From Rubrivivax sp. (GTDB lineage: Bacteria; Pseudomonadota; Gammaproteobacteria; Burkholderiales; Burkholderiaceae_C), in assembly GCA_031403895.1 (NCBI GenBank), contig JANNGN010000023.1:1-32404 (forward strand): a stretch of 32,404 nucleotides of DNA, read 5' to 3'. Within the stretch, counting starts at the first letter, position 1, and the number at the start of each line of letters is the position of its first letter. A program made the position numbers and the translations under genes. The notes beneath the pieces were generated by a model, which did not search any database, was not told where the DNA came from, and saw nothing but the letters and a program-made list of their open reading frames with translations. Positions 27,909 to 32,404 of the stretch are shown piece by piece.

Positions 27909-30313
27909 GCAGCGTGCTGCCCGCTCCCGTCTTGCAGCGCCAGGTTGCCCTCGAAGGCCGGGGTGTCGAGTTGCGCGGCCTCGTGCAAGGCGTGGGACTG
28001 CGGCCCCGGGTTGTGCGGCTGGCGCGTGCACTGGGGCTGGTCGGCGCTGTGTACAACGAAGGTACGGCGGCGGTGGTGCAGGTCTATGGCACGGCCACTG
28101 CGTTGCGCGACTTCGAGGCCCGCTTGCGCGCGCTCGCGGGCAGCGGTCTGCGCATCGACACCCTGCGCGCCGCAGTCCTCGACCTGCCGGCGGTCTTGCC
28201 GACCGCATTCGACATTGGCGGCAGCGCAAGTGCCCTGCCCGGCCTTGGCATTGCACCCGACTGGGCCACCTGCCAGACCTGCGTCGCCGAGACGCTCGAC
28301 CCCTTCTCGCGCCGCTACCGCTACCCCTTCACCGCCTGCACCGACTGTGGCCCGCGGTGGTCGGTGTTCCAGCGCGCGCCCTACGACCGGCTGCACACCA
28401 CGATGGCGCCGTTCCCGCTGTGTGCGGCCTGTGCGCGCGAGTACGCCGACCCGGACGACCGCCGCTTCCACGCCCAGGCCATGGCCTGCCACGCCTGCGG
28501 CCCGCGCGCCACGCTGCGCCGGCTCGACGGCCACGCCTTCAGCCTGGACGCGCTGAGCCTGCTGGACGACACCGACGCAGCCAGCACGCTCATCGGCAAC
28601 GGTGAGGTCCTGCTCGTCAAGGGGCTTGGCGGCTATCAACTGGCCTGCGACGCGACGAACGCAGACGCCGTGGCGCGGCTGCGCGGCATCAAGCGCCGGG
28701 AAGCCAAGCCCTTCGCGCTGATGGTGCGCGACCTGGACATGCTGCGCAGCTGGTGCGAGGTGGATGCTGAAGCCGAGGCCGCGCTCTGCAGCGCGGCAGC
28801 GCCCATCGTTCTGCTGCCGCGACGGGGCGATGCATCCGCGCTTGCAGCCGGCATCGCCCCAGGCCTGTCGATGCTCGGCGTGATGCTGCCATCCACCGCG
28901 CTGCACCACCTGCTGATGCGCCGCCGCCGCGCGCCCATCGTGCTGACCAGCGGCAACTTGAGCGACGAGCCGCAGGCCATTGCATTGGCCGACGCGTGCG
29001 CGCGTCTGGGCAGTGCGGTGAACTGGGTGCTCGACCACAACCGCGCCATCGAGCGCCGCGTTGACGATTCAGTCGGCCGCGTGGTCGGCACTGCCTTCCG
29101 TGTCATGCGCCGCGCACGCGGCCTGGCGCCGGCGCCGCTGCCCTTGCCGCCGGGCTTCGACACGCGCACCAAGGTGCTGGCGCTGGGTGGCGACTTGAAG
29201 AACACCTTCGCGCTGCTGCGCGACGGCCAGGGCCTGCTGTCGCAGCACATCGGCGACCTGCACGACGCGGCCTGCCTGGCCGACCAGCAGCGCGCACTGG
29301 CCGACTGCCTGCGCTTCTACGACTTCGAGCCCGACATCGTGGCTTGCGATGCACATCCGGGTTATGTCTCGACGCAGATCGCGCGTCAGCGCTTCGCGGA
29401 CCGGTGCCACAGTGTGGGCCACCACCACGCGCACATCGCCGCCTGCCTGGGCGAACACGGCTGGCCGCTGGACGGCGGCGCGGTGATCGGCATTGCGCTC
29501 GACGGCATTGGCCTGGGCGACGACGGCGAACTCTGGGGCGGCGAGTTTCTGCTCGCCGACTACCGCCGGTGCCAACGGGTGGGCACCTTCAAGCCGGTGG
29601 CCTTGATGGGCGGCGACGTGGCGGCGCGCGAGCCCTGGCGCTGCACTTACGCGCACCTAATGGCCGAGCTGGGCCCGGCGCGCTTCCACATGAACTACGA
29701 AGAACTGGAACTGCACCGCTTCTTCGAAACCAAGCCGCGAGCACTGCTCGACGCGGTGCTGGCCAACCCGAAGCTCTCGCCCAAGGCCAGCAGCGCTGGC
29801 CGCCTCTTCGATGCCGTCGCCGGCGCTATCGGCCTGTGCCGCGAGCGCGTCGCCTTCGAGGGCGAAGCGGCGATGCAACTTGAAGCGCTGATCACGCCCG
29901 AAGACCTGGCCGAAGACAGCGAGCTCGACTACCCCTTTGCCACACCGCGACTCGACCAAGGCAAAGGTCTGCCCTGCATCGAACCGCTGGCGATGTGGCA
30001 GGCGCTGCTGGGCGACCTGATCCTGCACACGCCGCCAGCGCGCATGGCCGCGCGCTTCCACCGCGGGCTGGCGGCGGTGATCGTGCGCCTGGCCGCGCAG
30101 CTGGCCGAAACACACAGCGTCACCACAGTGGCGCTGGGCGGTGGCGTGTTCCAGAACCGTGTGCTGGCTGAGCGGGTGCTGCAAGGCCTGGCGACAGCCG
30201 GGCTCACCGCACTGCTGCCGCGCCAGGTGCCGGTGAACGACGGCGGGCTGGCCTGGGGCCAGGCCTTGATCGCGCTGGCACGACAAGATCGCACGACAAC
30301 CATCAACCTCTGA
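27905..30313 (+). CDS. hypF: Carbamoyltransferase HypF
   Basis: Acylphosphatase GLVQGVG; Zn fingers CQTC/CTDC and CAAC/CHAC; KGLGGY; LTSGNLSDEP; SQHIGDL; HHHAH; SSAGRLFDA; GGVFQN; NDGG. Confidence 0.96.
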   Translation: MSSVLPAPVLQRQVALEGRGVELRGLVQGVGLRPRVVRLARALGLVGAVYNEGTAAVVQVYGTATALRDFEARLRALAGSGLRIDTLRAAVLDLPAVLPTAFDIGGSASALPGLGIAPDWATCQTCVAETLDPFSRRYRYPFTACTDCGPRWSVFQRAPYDRLHTTMAPFPLCAACAREYADPDDRRFHAQAMACHACGPRATLRRLDGHAFSLDALSLLDDTDAASTLIGNGEVLLVKGLGGYQLACDATNADAVARLRGIKRREAKPFALMVRDLDMLRSWCEVDAEAEAALCSAAAPIVLLPRRGDASALAAGIAPGLSMLGVMLPSTALHHLLMRRRRAPIVLTSGNLSDEPQAIALADACARLGSAVNWVLDHNRAIERRVDDSVGRVVGTAFRVMRRARGLAPAPLPLPPGFDTRTKVLALGGDLKNTFALLRDGQGLLSQHIGDLHDAACLADQQRALADCLRFYDFEPDIVACDAHPGYVSTQIARQRFADRCHSVGHHHAHIAACLGEHGWPLDGGAVIGIALDGIGLGDDGELWGGEFLLADYRRCQRVGTFKPVALMGGDVAAREPWRCTYAHLMAELGPARFHMNYEELELHRFFETKPRALLDAVLANPKLSPKASSAGRLFDAVAGAIGLCRERVAFEGEAAMQLEALITPEDLAEDSELDYPFATPRLDQGKGLPCIEPLAMWQALLGDLILHTPPARMAARFHRGLAAVIVRLAAQLAETHSVTTVALGGGVFQNRVLAERVLQGLATAGLTALLPRQVPVNDGGLAWGQALIALARQDRTTTINL

Positions 30314-30325
30314 AGGACCGTCACC

Positions 30326-30607
30326 ATGTGCCTCGGCATCCCCGGTCGTATCGAGTCCATCACGCGCCCCGAAGCCAAGCTCGCGCTGGTGGACGTGCTG
30401 GGCGTCAAGCGCGAGATCAACATCGCCTGCATCGTGCGCGAGGGCGAGCCACTCGATGAGTGCATCGGCGCCTGGGTGCTGGTACACGTGGGCTTTGCGA
30501 TGAACCGCGTTGACGAGCGTGAAGCGATGCTGACTTTGCAGCTGTTGAAGGAACTCGGCGACGTGCAGGCCGAGCTGGAATCCTTCAAGACGCGGGCGAC
30601 GGCGTGA
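30326..30607 (+). CDS. hypC: Hydrogenase maturation chaperone HypC/HybG/HupF
   Basis: MCLGIPG N-terminus; WVLVHVGFAM. Confidence 0.96.
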   Translation: MCLGIPGRIESITRPEAKLALVDVLGVKREINIACIVREGEPLDECIGAWVLVHVGFAMNRVDEREAMLTLQLLKELGDVQAELESFKTRATA

Positions 30608-31296
30608 ACATAACGACGGACCTGTCGGGCCTGTACCCGCACATGGCGGGCGCGGCGCCAGACGCCGGCAAGCTCGACGCCGCGCTGCGCGAAGCCCTGC
30701 TGGCGAAGTGCCGCGACAGCGTCGAGGTCAAGTCGCGTTTTTTCGAAATCCACGCCGACGAGTTGATGCGCGCCGCGCACCTGCTGGCCGACAGCTTTCG
30801 CAGCGGTGGGCGCCTGTACACGATGGGCAATGGCGGCTCGGCTTGCGACGCGGCGCACATCGCAGTCGAGTTCCAGCACCCGGTCACCGCAGGCCGCCCA
30901 GCGTTGCCGGCGCAGAACCTGGCGCAGGACATGGCGATGATCAGCGCAGTGGGCAACGATGTCGGTTTCGGCGAGGTTTTTGCGCGCCAGATGCCGGGCT
31001 TGATCCGGCCGGGTGACGTCGCTTTCGGCGTTTCGACAAGCGGCAATTCGGCCAATGTGTTGCGTGGCCTGGAAGTGGCCCATTCACTGGGCGCACGCAC
31101 GCTGGCGCTGGCCGGTGGCAACGGCGGCGCAATGGCGCGCGCCGCATCGGTCGAGTTGTGCCTGACGGTGGCCAGCGACAGCATCCACCGCGTGCAGGAA
31201 ACCCATGTCGCGATCTACCATGTGCTGTGGGATTTGGTGCACAGCCTGCTGGCCAATCACCGCCTGGTTCAAGGCCAGGCGCGGAGGCCCGCATGA
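30604..31296 (+). CDS. SIS-domain protein, GmhA (phosphoheptose isomerase)-like, hydrogenase-cluster associated
   Basis: GNGGSACDAAH, SAVGND, FARQ, GVSTSGNSANV, HRVQETH. Confidence 0.88.
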   Translation: MNITTDLSGLYPHMAGAAPDAGKLDAALREALLAKCRDSVEVKSRFFEIHADELMRAAHLLADSFRSGGRLYTMGNGGSACDAAHIAVEFQHPVTAGRPALPAQNLAQDMAMISAVGNDVGFGEVFARQMPGLIRPGDVAFGVSTSGNSANVLRGLEVAHSLGARTLALAGGNGGAMARAASVELCLTVASDSIHRVQETHVAIYHVLWDLVHSLLANHRLVQGQARRPA

Positions 31297-32404
31297 AATA
31301 CGTCGATGAATTCCGCGACCCGCTGGCCGCCCGCGCCTTGTTGCGCGAAATCACCGCTGCCACCGAACGCCTGGGCGCGACGCCGAAGAAGCCGCTGCAG
31401 ATCATGGAAGTCTGCGGCGGCCACACGCATTCGATCTTTCGCTACGCGCTGAAGGACCTGATCCCGCCGGCGCTTGAATTCGTGCATGGCCCCGGCTGCC
31501 CCGTGTGCGTGCTGCCGATGGGCCGTGTCGATGACTGCATTGCCATCGCCCGGCATGCGGGCGTGATTTTCACCACCTTCGGCGACGCCATGCGCGTGCC
31601 CGGGTCCAAAGGCTCTCTGTTGCAAGCGCGCGCTGAAGGCGCCGACGTGCGCATGGTCTATTCGCCACTGGACGCGCTGGACCTGGCGGCGGCCAACCCG
31701 GACCAGCGCGTCGTCTTCTTTGCGCTCGGCTTCGAGACCACGATGCCCTCGACCGCGATGACGGTGCTGGAGGCCGAACGGCGCGGCATCACCAACTTCT
31801 CGCTCTTCTGCAACCACATCACGATCGTGCCGACGATCAAGGCGATTCTCGATTCACCCGGGATGGGCATCGACGGCTTCCTCGGGCCCGGCCATGTGGC
31901 GATGGTGATCGGCAGCGCGCCTTTCGAATTCATCGCGCGCCAGTACAAGCGCCCGCTGGTGATCGCGGGCTTTGAGCCCACCGACATCCTGCAAAGCCTG
32001 TTGATGGTGTTGCAGCAGCTGGAAGCCGGCAGCGCCGAGATTCAAAACCAGTACGCGCGGCTGGTACACCCGCGCGGCAATGCGGTGGCGCTGCAGGCCA
32101 TCACGAAGGTCTTTGAGCTGCGTGAATTCTTCGAGTGGCGCGGCCTGGGCTCGATCGACCATTCAGGCATCCGCATGCGCAGCGAGTACGCCGCCTACGA
32201 CGCAGAACGCCTGTTCGAAGTGCCCGGCGCACGCATCGCCGACCCCAAGAGCTGCCAGTGCGGCGAGGTGCTGAAAGGTGCCATCAAACCGCCGCAGTGC
32301 AAGGTCTTCGGCAGCGCCTGCACACCGCAGACGCCGCTGGGTGCGCTGATGGTCAGCAGCGAAGGTGCCTGCGCCGCGTACTACCAGTTCGCGCGCCGCG
32401 CGCC
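31293..32404 (+). CDS. hypD: Hydrogenase formation protein HypD; stop lies just beyond the window
   Basis: Translated by hand: MKYVDEFRDP...MEVCGGHTH...HGPGCPVCV...YSPLDAL...GFETT...GPGHV...CQCGEVLKG...MVSSEGACAAYY. Confidence 0.96.
   Translation, partial: MKYVDEFRDPLAARALLREITAATERLGATPKKPLQIMEVCGGHTHSIFRYALKDLIPPALEFVHGPGCPVCVLPMGRVDDCIAIARHAGVIFTTFGDAMRVPGSKGSLLQARAEGADVRMVYSPLDALDLAAANPDQRVVFFALGFETTMPSTAMTVLEAERRGITNFSLFCNHITIVPTIKAILDSPGMGIDGFLGPGHVAMVIGSAPFEFIARQYKRPLVIAGFEPTDILQSLLMVLQQLEAGSAEIQNQYARLVHPRGNAVALQAITKVFELREFFEWRGLGSIDHSGIRMRSEYAAYDAERLFEVPGARIADPKSCQCGEVLKGAIKPPQCKVFGSACTPQTPLGALMVSSEGACAAYYQFARRA

Noticed and set aside
18-32274. Numerous long overlapping or antisense ORFs in the track (e.g. 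509-1681, 8131-9621, 15118-16431, 27515-29038)
   Set aside because: Shadow frames of well-supported genes in high-GC DNA; no recognisable motifs.

Overview
GC-rich window, most consistent with a Burkholderiales betaproteobacterium (inferred from protein character). From left to right: (1) a minus-strand run of dusA, a DUF1801-like gene, mtnP, mtnA and a class II aldolase, matching the DHAP-shunt arrangement for MTA/5'-deoxyadenosine salvage; (2) an AT-richer junction at the 5' end of dusA, followed by a decaying catabolic operon (cyclase remnant, acyl-CoA ligase, frameshifted SDR, MaoC); (3) a 5'-truncated chimeric ORF joining a C25 gingipain-type protease, a dockerin-like motif, a cohesin-like domain and a PEP-CTERM anchor; (4) a regulatory block (Crp-family regulator, REC-PAS protein, GAF/multi-PAS hybrid kinase) beside small stress-type genes, with four intergenic copies of the palindrome YGTKCG-N4-CGMACR-GAS; (5) a biosynthetic operon of type III PKS, methyltransferase, FAD oxidoreductase, ACP and ketosynthase; (6) a phaZ remnant and a long CorA-like gene; (7) a [NiFe]-hydrogenase maturation operon (NHL-repeat remnant, hypF, hypC, gmhA-like, hypD) running off the end. 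No rRNA, tRNA, CRISPR array, integrase or transposase was recognised. All family calls come from motif recognition by eye, not from database searches.
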